Positions 1 to 13,084 are shown, numbered from the whole stretch's first letter. The stretch: DNA of 58,758 bases, filler included, from Sphacelaria rigidula (GCA_964200075.2; 9 parts of 9 records of this genome joined end to end with filler, not necessarily neighbours in it), one strand, 5' to 3'. Notes: a model not told the origin generated them from the sequence alone. Numbers and translations are program-made.

Positions 1-3000
1 GACTGAACGTCTGAGGAGCGCCTGGGGACAGGTCGGGTTATACTTTGACGTATAGCGTGCAGAAAGGCGCATTTTGTGATTCCCAGCGTCCCCCGAGTTT
101 GTTCATGTGGCATTTCGTGCTTCAATTCACTTCAGCGTTTTTTTTGTCGGCATTAGCCTTAACCCTAACCTGTACCTCACCTCCGCTCCCCCCTCCGGCT
201 CCCCCCCTCCGTACCCCGGGTCCCCAGGCAAAACGACAAGCTCCCTCGACCCACCTCTCTTTCGCGCCGCAATGGAGGAGTCAATAGTCCGTTCGCGATC
301 ACCCCCCAGCATTCCAGCTCGCAAGACGGTGAAATATGGTTTTCAGTGCTTACATAAACACAAGTCTCGGGAAGACGCTTGACATGGTGGAGAGCAGGCC
401 CTGAGCTCGGCTCACCATGGGTGCTCCGAAAACAACACAAGCCCCCTCGACCCAACTTCCTCCGCCCTACCCAGGGGTGTCAAGGGCCTCAATAGCAAGT
501 TACAATAGAAAGCGTTCCTAATAGAAAAAGAATACAGTACTATTGCCGAGGGGTTAGCGTAGCAATGATAGTATCATGAGAATATACCGTCGTTTATTTC
601 ACGAAATTTGCGCCTCATAAATGAAGGAAACGTTGGCCTAGCATTGGACCGACATTTGTGTTACGGGTTGCACGGTCTCAAAATTGTTTGATGAAGGCTG
701 AAACTTCGAACGGACTGAAGGTTTTCAGGGCTACTGTCGTCGATGGCATCGGAGGCTGCTGATATCCCCAAGGATGATCAACCGTACTTCAGCGCTCAAT
801 TTTGAACCGTGAGCCATGTTGATTTGTTCCAACTTCCTCCCGCAGGTCGATATCCTACCCAGGAGTTCTGGAGCCGTGAGTTGTATTGGTTCGTCCCTGT
901 TGCTGTTGTGGCGTTCGATCCTCGGCTGAGGTCGCTTCGATCGTGGCGGAAACATTCCCAACATTGCGTCTGTATTCCTCCTCGCCTCGGTCAAGACAGC
1001 ATGCAACAAAGTTGTCGTTAGATTGAGAGTACAGCGCTGATGGAGAGTGGCTTCGGCCATCCGCTCACACTAGTCGACTTCTTCATTCTCTGTGTGCTGT
1101 CCTTTCCCTTGATCACTAGCGTGTGCTTACGGATTCACGTCGAGACTTCTTTCCGTTGTGTATTCCTGGGTGGCTGGACTTCGATTATCACGACAGCAGT
1201 ATAACAACATACAGCAGTAAACAGCAGACAGCAGTTTTCAACAAGTAACTTCGTGCTACAGGCTGTGCTACTGAACAAGCACAGGCTGTGCTTTGCAAAC
1301 GTAACTCTTTGCGATGCTGATGGATGAGGAGATGAAAACAGTACGGAAATCTAAACACGACGTTGATCCCACCTCCCTTTAACTCCAAGCAAATACACTA
1401 GCCCGAGGAACTGGGGATTTCTGGTCATTCGACCCAACATAATCAGACACCACAACGGAACAAGCATCATACCTGGGGGTCAAATTCACCTAATATGAGT
1501 AGAAACGACCTGCACGACATCAAAAGGGTATGGTGTCTGTGAGAAAAGCACAGGATAGCGTGTACCCATTTCGGTTACCCCTGGTTTAGGTGTATGCCGA
1601 AATTGTTCTGTTAACGCGGCAAGTCTTTTTTATCAGTGCATGACACCCCAATCCAACGGAGAAACAGTACGGTTTACTACTCCCATTCCACAGGAGTCAT
1701 CCTGGCGAATATTTTCCACATACAAAACCAAACAAGACGGAGGAATCACAATCGCGACGATAACCTCAACACTGACCCCGGACCAGTCCACATGTATCAG
1801 GAGTGTGCTGACTAACGCGTAGTCTGTAGGAAACGAGTATTGGTAGACCCGAAAACAGCGCACGAGAGCCGATGGTCTAAGGAAACACACTTTCTATGAG
1901 GATAGGGATAACCCTTACACGCTCGAGGACACGACCTTCGCACAAGTCGTTCCAAGTGCAGATGCCAATATCATATGAATATCAACCATCGTGTACGGAT
2001 ATAGCGTTCAAAACCGATGAGAGACAAATACGGGGATATCAACCCACATTCAACAGTTTCGGATCCATACAAGGCGCTTAGCGATTTGGAACCCCCTTCT
2101 GCATGGCTTCGCGTTCCCCTGACTGCCGTACAATGTATGAAAACGAAAAAATGAAGGCGGCCGGAAATAGGAAGAGGTACGTTCATCGTGTGGGAGAGAG
2201 AGGAACTTCTCGGATATTTTAATTTCCGACCAAACTTTAACCGTAACACCAACCACAACCCGGAACCCAAACAAAGACATCCGGAGATACCCCGGGGAAG
2301 GGGGTGAAACATATTTCCCGCACAGTGTGTGCGTCGCAAGACCTTAACTCGGCGCCACAGGCATAGGTGTCGGCACGAACACGTTATGCGCACGGTAGAA
2401 GCACGCTTGGAGCGTAGGCCCACTAAAATCTGGATTTATATTCCGTACACGGAAATCATGTCATTTATATTCGAGGAGGATCTCACCCTCTCAAGTCACA
2501 AATTGTACCAGATCGAAAACGCACATGATCCAATAGACAATCATATAGCCCCCCTCCCGTTCACCACAACGAGAGACCACACGCTGGATGAACTTCAGGA
2601 TTCTCCTGAAAGAAATATAGTAATGAGATGGACTACCCACACACGGCGGATATAGGCAATCTGGGGAACCAGCATCAATGTCGCCTAACGAAAAAAAGCC
2701 GTGACCAACCTAGACCACCCTCATTGTCCCAAGGTCAAGCATGCGTCTGCGACATCCAACCGAAAGCTCAACATTACAAAAAAAGAATGTACTGCACATA
2801 GGAGTGGGCCTAAAAACATTTCGGCAATCCAGACAACAAGCGTGAATAGAGGGGAACAAAACTTTACAATCTTCGTTGAAATTTTATATCTTCAATCTAA
2901 TGCTATTCTACTTTCATTCGGTTCCCATATTCCTATACAATTACTTCACATAATGTTGTTTCCCACATAATAGTATACTATACACTTATGCCCACCTGCA

Positions 3001-3704
3001 TTTTTACCATCAATTACTTATTCCATTCCTCGCGGACTATATTTGTCGGCCTTATTACATATATATATATATAGATCGCATGAACACGACTGGATCCGGG
3101 GGGGGTCAGTGCAGGCGACACTATCAACCAAATTAATCAAGAAATCATCCATACTGTAGCAAGGATCCGGTTTGACAAATTGACTAGTTTTGTAGATGAG
3201 AAGCAACGCATATCATGTGTCACAGCCTACATCGCAGCAGCCATTCACCCAATCGTTTCAGAATATACAATAAATCGCCGGACAACATACACACATTGAC
3301 AAACGTTACATCACGTAAAGACATGGTAACTTCTGGACCCTCAAGGACAACGAGACAAATGGCCAGTTTCTTGAACCAACGAAAGGCCACAAAGTAACTG
3401 TTACCACATGCTCATCACAGCGACCCAAAAATGACTAGACCGACATAACTCGGAGTGACACTGGTTGCCGACATTGGTGACGTTGATAAGCCGACGGTGA
3501 AGTGGTGGACCCGCTCCCTTCAGTACCCGCGATCATTTTATACAGCGCACGGTTGGAACCGAATACGATATGGCGATAACAAGAGAATTATATAAGAATA
3601 AAAGTATACGGCGTATATAAAATAGTATTTGAGAGTACATGTCCATATCGACCTGAAGCACAACATCGCTCAGCATTTATGAGCATGAATCCCCATATAT
3701 TAAC

Positions 3705-5866
3705 ATGGACTCATTAGACAGGATAGCAGAATGTACTCAACATCCACCAACAATCGCACATCATTCGAGTCGTGAAATCCAAGACGAAACTACCGCCCAA
3801 ACGCCGTTTCGCAAAACCGACGACGAGACAAACATGATGCATCAGTTACCGAATATTGTTGCAATTGGACATCATATACGCAGTATGGAGCCTGCGTCAT
3901 CAGCCGCACCAACACGGAGACATTCTAGATCCGATGCTATACAGCGAAACATCTTGGAATCTATCGACAACGCCGTAACGACCCTACGTGAAAGATATGA
4001 GGATGGCAAATCAGAGGAGGATGATGCCATCCGAGATAAGGTTATCAAGACGCTCATCGACCACAGATACTTTGAGAAGTTTCGCAAGAAGGGTGTAGCC
4101 CATGCCGATGGGCCATCGAATGAAGATATGGTGGCGATCGTCGAGGCTATCAAGGAGATGAACCAATGGCTATCTACTCGTGCCATTGTAGCCTCGAGGG
4201 CACGGTCACGTGCTCGTTGAGTACTCGGCGCAGCAATATCGGCGAGTGGAGTATCACACGGAGCCCTCACCCAAGCAATCGGGCCACTACGGAGACCTTT
4301 CGTGGGAGAGTGTTCAACCAGAAGAAGACGAGCATTGACTGCCGGAGACGCCCCTGAATTGTAAGTACAAGACCGGAAGGTTTACACTAGCGGCATCCGA
4401 TATCGCGTACGGAAACAGTGGCGAGTGTGTGGAAAGAGATCGACACCAGAATATCGAGCGACGGCCACTCATGACATGTACGCGTTCGTCAATAGATAAA
4501 TGGGCTGTATTTCGGTATCATGACAATAACATTGTTCCTCTCACTGTGTATCGTATATAGACCTTCTCAAAAGACCCCCTTCATTCGCGACAGGGCGGGG
4601 AAACGGCGGAGACGTTGTGACTGCTTCGATATCCGGAACCCCAAGGCAACAGCGATGATAGCCGACGTCATCGACGATAATACGCAACCATCTCCCTGTG
4701 ATACGAAGACGAAACACGATTTTAGTGCAGGACCGTATCGCCGATCCCCTGTAGACCGGTCCCTCCAATGCCTCCAACCCAACAGATGCCCTACGTTGGG
4801 CGTGCGGTTTCTGTTGGGCTCCGAGACGGACCGACACGAGAAAGTTAACAATTCCCTACAAGAGGCGGTAAGCTCGACATATTCATCACGTAGTACATAT
4901 ACAGTGCAGCATACTTGTAACATTCGACGTCACCGCCCGATGTCAATTATGACGTCGTTGTTCGCTTCGGAGCGAATGAGAATGCAGCTTAGTGTCGACA
5001 CTCCACTAGTGAACGAGGATAGGGCGCCCTGTGTCCACAACGCATGGACGAGCGTACGTAACAAAGTTTAACAGAGTTGACGTAGCAGCATGTGACAGCC
5101 GACCGGCGAGTCCATCATATGCTAACCCGCGTGGAAGGAGTGCCATGTCGTGTTAGACCAGCCCTCCCGCCGTGAACCTCGTGTGAAACATCTGTTACTG
5201 TCCCGCGCTGCTGCCTCCGCGATGACCAGGAGGGAAAAGTGGAGACTGGTCACATATCACGATCTACCTTCGCGAACTTGATGCCATTCAATGTAGTCAA
5301 ACAGACTGCGAGATGCTGTCTGTACCCACATTGCTACAAGGGTAAGCTGATCATGAGATCGCCCGCGCGAATGTGGCCACGACTTCACTGCGGCGAAACT
5401 ACTGGGTTGCCATGCACATGCCTGTGTGACCTTTGCGCCAACGGCGGATGTAGAGCTTTCCTGCCAACCATGAGCGTTAAAGACGTCTACAGCATGGGAG
5501 AGCTCTGCGACAAGCTCCTCTGTGAGAAGGTGAAACAATACAAGACCACGAGAGGGAGTGAGGTCACAGCACACCTGAACGCATGTGCAATGGGGTCATG
5601 CCGAGAATGCGACAAACATCGACGGCGCTTCTTCGACTGCCCTCGTCATCGACAGTCTGCGGAAGATGTGGAGAGTATACCGGACATCGTTCGAAGATCA
5701 GAAATGAAAATGGGAGGCGTTCGTCCCTGTGGATGAGAAGGGGAACGAGATTTGGCGACCGCAACGGCAGGGTAGACGTCCCCGAGCCAACGATGACAAC
5801 GACGGCGATGAGTCATGGGAGCCTCAAGGAACAGGGACGCAAAAAATATCTCGAAAGGTGTGTTTT
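3705..5866 (+). pseudogene. Degenerate Sola-like (Sola2-type) DNA transposase, N-terminal/Cys-rich part
   Basis: Ordered, frameshifted motifs: ORF 3705-4220, then 'EIDTRISSD' (~4436-4463), 'VKHLLL' (~5183), 'ISRSTFANLMPFNVVKQTARCCLYPHC', 'LCDKLLC', 'ACAMGSCREC', then 'KWEAF' after a frameshift. This resembles the SR.SP / KHLLL / I.FS.F..LRP / C.C..H / C....C..C / W order I recall for Sola2 transposases. No DDD core seen. Confidence 0.5.
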
Positions 5867-6283
5867 ACGTTAATGTGATCCAGATGGAAAGAGCCATCTT
5901 ACGACAGAGAAGGGGGGGGGGGTTCTTGGGCGTCTTCCTTCTTCACGAAAACGAAAGTCGAACCCATCCAGACTCTGTCGATAATGCATGTTGGTATCAA
6001 CAAATATACGTATTCCCACTCGCGTAGTATCTCGCGAGTTTCACCACTGAGAATAAGGAAAACAAACGCTGTGTATAGTCCTACACACAATCACCACATA
6101 CACCGCATTTATCAAAGCCATCCAAACCTGTAGTCATTCAATACGTTTCCGCTCGCCCAGCTTTCGGAACCGGGAATGACGACATCACACGTGAATAACG
6201 TCATGAATTAGCGCGAAAATGAACACAGAAGAAGCGTAGCTGCAATCACCTCCTTAGTGGCGGCTACCGTGAACGATGATAAA

Positions 6284-6441
6284 GACTAATGCCGAGATAG
6301 CCCCCCCACATAAAGTGCGCCCGATTGGTCCGACGAACCGACTGCTATCCCAATATTGGGCTCGTTTGCAGCAATTTCGCTCACATGAGAGGCGTGTAGC
6401 AGTCCGAAATCAGCTATAACGCCCAAATGAGTCGCGTCGTG
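6284..6441 (-). mobile_element. MITE family A (GAC termini), partial, cut by contig end
   Basis: Starts with GACTAATGCCGAGATAGCCCCCCC and matches the reverse complement of the copies at 21392-21640 and 53698-53946. Confidence 0.85.
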
Positions 6442-6541
6442 NNNNNNNNNNNNNNNNNNNNNNNNNNNNNNNNNNNNNNNNNNNNTTAATTAATTAANNN
6501 NNNNNNNNNNNNNNNNNNNNNNNNNNNNNNNNNNNNNNNNN
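6442..6541. other. Artificial contig linker (44 N + TTAATTAATTAA + 44 N)
   Basis: Identical 100-bp spacer with stops in all six frames. It recurs at 12982-13081, 19522-19621, 26062-26161, 32602-32701, 39142-39241, 45681-45780 and 52220-52319, separating contigs of 6441-6439 bp. Confidence 0.98.
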
Positions 6542-7336
6542 GACTTCCAGGGCAAAGACACCAAACCCCGCGTCTCCGTGCACAGATGCAAACCCTGCAC
6601 GAACCCGCATGATACAAGTGACATGCCCAAGTACCTGCCTGCCGGACTCACACAGTATGTTCTCAACAGCTACTCGACCAAGTCCCCGCCCTACCACGTT
6701 ACCACCGACGACGTGACGGAACAGCCCCTTCGATTGACCGTGTCCACCATCTCCGGCCACCAGATAACCCGTGGTCGAGGCGGCGAAATCGCTGTCATGT
6801 ATAAGACACACTGGACCGGTCTTCGGAGAGCATCTTGGGAACGCGAATCCGACCTTCAACTGCACCGCCGTGCAATCCTCTTGTACTGGACGCAATCCTA
6901 ACATCAGCATCTTGCTCACAACAAGAAATATCGCAACATGCGTCGTGGCTCAGCAGCCCGCGAACTTCTCCGCGATCAAGGACTACGCTTCGTCGCCGAT
7001 GGTTACGAACCTGTACCCACCAAGACTTGGAAGACGAAGTTCTTCGCAAACCATCGACTCCTGCCCAAGGGCAGCTACCTTTGGTTCAAAGGCAGCGACA
7101 ACCTCTGGTGGTTGGGTCAGACCCACTCCGCTAACCTGGTTTCGGCCGACACACAGATTGTGCGCTTCATCGATGACCCTGGACCCATACAGCTCAAGCG
7201 TCGGCCAGCACTATACACCACCAGCCCATTTTCACCACGCGGATCCTGGTGCCTCCAGCGCCTTAAGTTCAAAGGACTTCGCCGCGGTCTCCAGCGCAAC
7301 ATCGACCACACCCACGACGTCCACGCCCCGCTTTGA
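6542..7336 (+). pseudogene. Ty3/Gypsy pol C-terminus: chromodomain followed by a PWWP/Tudor-like domain
   Basis: One reading frame from the contig start with a single in-frame TAA (6899-6901). Chromodomain pattern 'ISGHQITRGRGG...MYKTHWTG...SWERESDL...ILLYW'. Homologous to 23520-24508, which is linked to Gypsy RT motifs. Confidence 0.8.
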
Positions 7337-8344
7337 ACCGCGCTCCCCTGTCGCAACTGTTGCCCCCCCCCCCTACCATTTTTCCTGTAAGCACTGTTTG
7401 CCCCCCCCTTCTCCACCAGGACCCTCCTCTACGACATCACAACCACGCGACTTACATCGGACGTGGATCAAGAATTACTGAGACGATCACCATCTACGAC
7501 TACTGGAGCTATAGTATCCCCTTGCGGCTGGCGCTCGATCTCGTTCGATCACCGATTTTCAGATTTCTGTACTTGCAGATTTTGGCACCTTTGGATTCCC
7601 CCAGGTTGAAGCTCTGCTCCCTGTTTTACCTTTGGCTTTCCCCAGGTTAGAGCTCTGCTTCCTGTTGGGGCTTTTAGGGGTCTGATCGGACGCCAAAATT
7701 GGTTTTTCACCTAGGACCCAGACATTTTGGTTATCGAAATCCAATTCGTATAACGGGTAGTAGCTGTCAATAGCTACCAGCAAGTGAAGAAATAGAAGCA
7801 TACTTTGAAGATTTGGTGTGGATACGTAGATTCTAGTTCTCCGGGTTTTCATCCCCAATTGAAGTATCATGAACTTCGGCTAGTCGGCTTGGAGAAGGCA
7901 GCCTCAGTCCACCTTTGCCCTGGTATGTTCTCACGAACAGAGGCTCAAGTCGTGTGTGCCCGATTGCAATGCACGGCAGCTGCGCAAAAACAAATAAATC
8001 CAGGTGTTCACACAAAGAAAATAGAAGTGAGCTCAGATGGGAGCTCGGAACGCCAGCGTGACCTTACGCAGGAATAATATCCGAAACTAATCATGATACA
8101 ATAGCCAAATATCAGATATCCTCCATCCAACGAACGTTTCCGGGAATACTATCCGTTGTGCACATGATCATTCGATGTGCAGACGTCAACCATACTGTAT
8201 TTCCCATCGATTACTCAGAACATCGAAATGGATCTTCCAACAAGCTGACATCCCTCGACGGCTAACCAAGAGTCATCTGTATATGCGGAGCGCTGCGGTA
8301 CCTTATCGACGCTAGACCCTTCAAATACCATAACAGAAGATGCA

Positions 8345-8570
8345 TGCCCAATTTGTAAAATCCCGTGTTCTCTAGAGGGTATTTCATACTCACTTCCGGT
8401 CATAGAACGAATCCTCTGGAGGGTATCTGTTCCTCCAGTGACTTCTGAAGTCTGAATCCCTCCAGAGTACCAAAAATATGATGCTCTGGACGACGTGTTT
8501 TTCGTGAACGCCCCTTAGAGGGAAATATGAGCATCGTTCCTCTGGAGGAGGGACCGACTATAGCCTCTAG
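8345..8570. repeat. Cluster of CCTCYRGAGG-type palindromic motifs (subterminal-repeat-like relic)
   Basis: CTCTAGAGGG, CCTCTGGAGG, CCCTCCAGAG, CCTCTGGAGG and CCTCTAGGG within ~220 bp. The same motif fills the elements at 29473-29908 and 39478-39865. Confidence 0.5.
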
Positions 8571-9924
8571 GGTATTTGTTACGATTCCGGGGGACATAGT
8601 CGTGCAGTATCCTCCACCGTGTAAACTTACACGTATGCACTTGTGTCCTAACTGCTTCCAGGGCACCTTTTGGGCCCCAGCAATCTTGTGGTATGGGCCA
8701 TCGCGCCGGATTTATTACCTGCCGTTCACAGATTGAACCATGCAAACCCCACAACACTCATCCCCAGCTACTACCACAACCTTGCATTAAAGAGCACGAG
8801 TTGGGCACAGGGATATAGATACACAGTGCCGTAATTGGGTATGATGTATTTCTTGTTGATGAAAGTTCGAACTTGAGCATCTTCTCCCATGGTCGCGGAA
8901 TCGCGCGGCGCCGGAACCACGCGGGATAGGATGCGGGCAATAACCGGGCGGCTTATTGCATGCACACTCATGGACAGTGTAGGCAGACAAAGCTGCATAC
9001 ACTGTTCAAGTCCTTTTCGCGTCGTACTGGGAGCAGAAAACATATATATATAGTCCTGCGCTGCCTGTACTGTACTGTGCCCGCTTCCCCTTCACGTCTC
9101 ACTGACTGCAGTAGTGCGCACGTTGCAAGAACGGGCGTCGCGATGTACACCTTAGCTGACGGTATATGACACCCCCGTGTACCGAAAGTTACAGGCATCC
9201 ACTTTATTTAGCCATACGTAGCGCATATGCCGCGCTAACTCTGCAGTATATAGCACCGCACGTATAGGCACGGCATAGCACTGTCCTGCATGGTATTGTA
9301 CAGTCCGGTGCAGTATATTGTTGTGATCATATATCCCCATCAAAATACAGTATCGACCCCGATGAGATGTTTCGCGTTTTTAATGAAAAAACTATTTCGT
9401 GTTTTGTTCTGGTCGACATAGGACTACCGGTTTTTCATCAGCTATGTGCATACATCAGCGAGGTATACACCGCTTCTTCATCATCACCACAGCTGCAGCT
9501 AAAGCTTCATGCTTCGGAGCACAGCCGTGTGGACATGCACTCGCAATCAGTGTATGGGATTTGCGTACAGCCGAGGCTGGTGAAGAATTCTATCTCCTTG
9601 CCCAATTGATATATGAATTGGGGGGCAAAGGATGAGTTTTCAACAATTTCCGCTGCCTCTCGAATCTCATCCGCTGATACGGTGCAGTATGTGGGACTTG
9701 AACAGCAGAAGCTGCTCGCAAATAAGTTTTTTCTTTGCACAAACCGACAGTTTAAGGTTCGTCTTAGAAAGCAAAGGGCATACAACTGTTTGCAGGTAAG
9801 AGAACGGGGATTTTCATACACACGAAACTCTGTGTTCCCCCGTGAGCGTTACATGCACTCCCAGAAGCTCTGTCGTCCTTCTTTCATACCTGACGGGGGG
9901 ATGGGGAAGCCGTAGTGCCTCGGG

Positions 9925-10850
9925 TAACAAGAGCCGATTTAATGATCTGGACGTAGTTTCGAAAACCGAACTGTTTTGTTTCCATAGCTGTTCCGAATTT
10001 GGGTACAAAATAACATGTTACCGTGTGTGACATGTCGGCATACGCTCTGCAGACGGGAGTCAGTAGAATATAGAGTAACACAAGCTCAAGATTGCAGCTG
10101 ACGCATCCTCCTGCACCACGCTAGCAACAGTTAGGTCACCACCATAGGTACCTTTTTTCACTCCACATGTCAAGAAGGTCTTCACAAGTGTTTGACCTCT
10201 CTCTCACACACACCCCAACTGGCCTGTGACAGGCTCTCGGGGTCGGGCGCCTGGATGATCAGATACGTCATGTCGGGTAAAAACAACGATGGATAACACC
10301 CCCCAAGTTCAAATTGGACCATCTGTTATTTTTTCCGCAGCGTACCGTCCTTGCTAGCATGTGTGTGACAGAAAACAGTAGTAGCGGTGACTGGCGAACA
10401 TTGCCCTGTTTTTCAGCGCACAGGAGCACGTCCAGCCCAAAAAGAGAGGCAGAGAGAAATCGATCTTCGCATTAGTGACCTCCAGAGACAAGAAGAGATG
10501 AAATCTCTCCGCAGCTTAATGTTCTTTGGGGATATCTACCGGCACATGAGAAATTCGGTACGTGCTGGTAACATGCATGATGCCAGTCTCTCGAGCGATT
10601 AGTAATCGCCCAGCGAGGGCGCACAAAGGATAGTGGCGAGGAGCTTCCTCTCTGGCGTTGCTTCTCTCTCCGGTGATATCGTCATCGACACCCGTGTACA
10701 CCGCAGTCGTTCGGTGCATTTAGCCACAACTGATGATTCACAGTTGCAGAATTTTGGGGGGAAATGTGGTTTTGACCTGTGTTACTGTTTCGCGTCATCC
10801 CTGCAAAAAAGATATGCCACTTGAACCTCATATTTGAGATCGACCCCATT
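9925..10850 (+). repeat. Interspersed non-coding repeat R1 (~0.9 kb)
   Basis: Homologous to 42325-43482 (reverse complement) and 52320-52760 (same strand), e.g. the shared GAGAGGCAGAGAGAAATCGAT and GTCATCGACAC.CGTGTACACCGCA. Confidence 0.9.
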
Positions 10851-10984
10851 TTTCAGGATCCGCTGTTGAGTGGCTCAAACGTCCCAAAAGTGAACAATCC
10901 ATGGACCAAAAATCTGTGTGCCATGACATCCGGGCTAAGGCTCATATATTTGAGCTCCTACAAAAAGACACCCAGAAACAAAAA

Positions 10985-11010
10985 GTGCAACCCCTATCGT
11001 AGCATTGCTC
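10985..11010. mobile_element. Isolated right TIR of MITE family B type
   Basis: GTGCAACCCCTATCGTAGCATTGCTC matches the family B terminus GTGCACCCCTACCGTAGCATTGCTC. No partner TIR found. Confidence 0.6.
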
Positions 11011-12133
11011 AGTAGCAGAGATGAACACATGCACAAATGTGCATGTTACAGCCTGGCTTGGATTTACGTTGCGTCACATTTGATCTTCACACAAATATTC
11101 CACATTATTCATGAGTTTCCTCCGTTCCCCGTCCTCCGACGTAGGTCAAAACCGGTGTTGTCGGTACGACGTGGAAAGGGTCTTTTAGGCGGGTGTAGGG
11201 CCGGAATCACCTTCCAGGAGTAATTCCTTCTCACTACCACCCTTGGCTCAGGCCGTGGTGTGGTACTAGAGCTGGGTCAGCGCGGTGCTCATCAGGCACA
11301 CTCACCCCTGATGTAATACAGCAGTACAATATGTCAATACCCTGAGCGCGGGCATACCCTGCGCTACAAGTAGTGCAATTTGTCTACACTCTGAGTGTGG
11401 GCATCTTGGGATACGGTGTGTGCGCGGAGGCAGTTAGTTGACACCGCTGTCGAAAGCTGGCACGCACACTATTGATATAAAGGAGCGTGTGCCGGTGTGT
11501 AGACTGGATTCGGCGACAAGGATGGAGGAGGAGCGTTCGTCGACGGACGGGTTAGGTCTGCTTGTGTCTCCTGGACGAGAAACTTACCACAGACCAGAAT
11601 CAGAGTACATAACGAAGGAGAAAGTGTTTTATCACGAAAGGAAGCAGAGGGGACACTGTTCGGGGATCATGGATACCGGAGAGGATGGGCGGTTGGGTTG
11701 ACCATGGACGCTGGAGAGGACAGCTGGGAGCGTCAGGGGGTCAACTTCGAAGAGGATCTTGCAGCGGAGAAGAACAGAGCAGGCGCATAATTTCGTTGAG
11801 GGCGGAATAATGTTGTCTGTTGGGTTTCTGGTACAGTTGTTTGTTGTGGATACTACGTACAGATGGTATCCCATGTTTTCATGGTTGATTATGAGACACT
11901 CTGAACAGATTCTGTTTTTTGCTGATAGCGGTATGCCGTGTGTAGGCTAGACACGCCCTGTCTGTTGTGTTTCCATGATGATGCTACTTGACCAGAACCT
12001 GAGGAAGGTCATAGTTCCTCGCTTTCCCTCCTCGTTACCATCAGGTTGTCCTTTTTTGTTCTTCTTGTAATTTGTTCATCTTCCTATCTAGCGTTGTTCA
12101 GTCTCCGGTGCGCAGGCTCTGTAGAGCACTTCT

Positions 12134-12312
12134 GAGCAATGCTATGGTAGGGGTGCCCTTTTCCCGCGAAATTATGTCTAGTTCAGGGGCTGCTAACGAC
12201 TCTATAGGCACAAAAATATGGGTCGGGCATCCCCGTTTGCATATTCATTCGGGATATCCCCAGCACATTGGAGTAGTAATCCTGGCGTACTTTCACATAA
12301 TTTCGTAGGTCG
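12134..12312 (-). mobile_element. MITE family B (GAG termini), truncated by a Copia LTR
   Basis: Begins GAGCAATGCTATGGTAGGGGTGCCC and matches the reverse complement of 27250-27506 up to the LTR boundary. Confidence 0.85.
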
Positions 12313-12680
12313 TGTTTGCTGGAAATGGTGTCGCTAGGACCCCTTTGCCGTGATCGCTAGAGTTGGCGCATTGGCACTTAAGCCAAGCAAGCAGACAAGC
12401 TGCTTTGGAGTCTAGACAGAAGATGATGTTCAAGGTGCCGGTTGCGGGCAAGACAGTCCAAACAGCCCACCGTATTGAACGGTCAACCGTGGAGAGTGAA
12501 AGCAACCCGACTACTACTGCTATGCTCCATATCAGACCAAACTATCGTGAGCAGTACCGGCGATCCATACAATGCCTCCATACAAATACAATACCATACG
12601 AAGCATTGGCGAGAGTAGGCCCCACAGCCTGATCTTCTAACACTGCTCCTCAACGCAAGTAGAAATCTTACTCCCTCACA
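12313..12680 (-). mobile_element. Ty1/Copia 3' LTR (~368 bp, TG...CA)
   Basis: On the minus strand it starts with TG immediately after the polypurine tract TTGAGGGGGAG (12681-12691) and ends ...CAGCAAACA where MITE B homology resumes. Confidence 0.65.
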
Positions 12681-12784
12681 CTCCCCCTCAATACAAATAC
12701 ATACTAGTTCCAACTACCTAGCTCAGTACAATCGTCCCGGCGCTCGAGAACGGAACAAGAACAGGTCCCACAGCCAGACGGAGC

Positions 12785-12916
12785 TCAGATTTTGAATGTG
12801 TTGACCAGCTTGACGAGATGGCTGTACCTGTGTCTGCTGAGGTACTTGGTTCCTATGTCGGCGAGTTGGTCTTCGGTCTTGACGTAACGAATGTAGATCC
12901 TTCCCTCCTTCACTAA
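12785..12916 (-). pseudogene. Ty1/Copia pol, RNase H C-terminal fragment
   Basis: Translates to LVKEGRIYIRYVKTEDQLADIGTKYLSRHRYSHLVKLVNTFKI*, containing the Copia 'Q.AD..TK' motif, followed by PPT and LTR. Too short for the ORF track. Confidence 0.9.
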
Positions 12917-13084
12917 TTAACAGCCGATCCTAATTTTTGGGGTTGAAACAAAATATGAGGTTGAAGTCCCATCCCTTCATANNNNNNNNNNNNNNNNNNN
13001 NNNNNNNNNNNNNNNNNNNNNNNNNTTAATTAATTAANNNNNNNNNNNNNNNNNNNNNNNNNNNNNNNNNNNNNNNNNNNNTTA

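Noticed and set aside
157..170. CCTTAACCCTAACC as a telomere
   Set aside because: Only about two units and internal to the contig.
809..1021. DIRS-type methyltransferase-like fragment ('VDLF...WSRELYWF')
   Set aside because: Motif spacing is too short, with no NPP motif and no neighbouring RT or tyrosine recombinase.
6486..6497. Regularly spaced TTAATTAATTAA as a biological repeat
   Set aside because: Always centred in N-runs, so it is an assembly linker.
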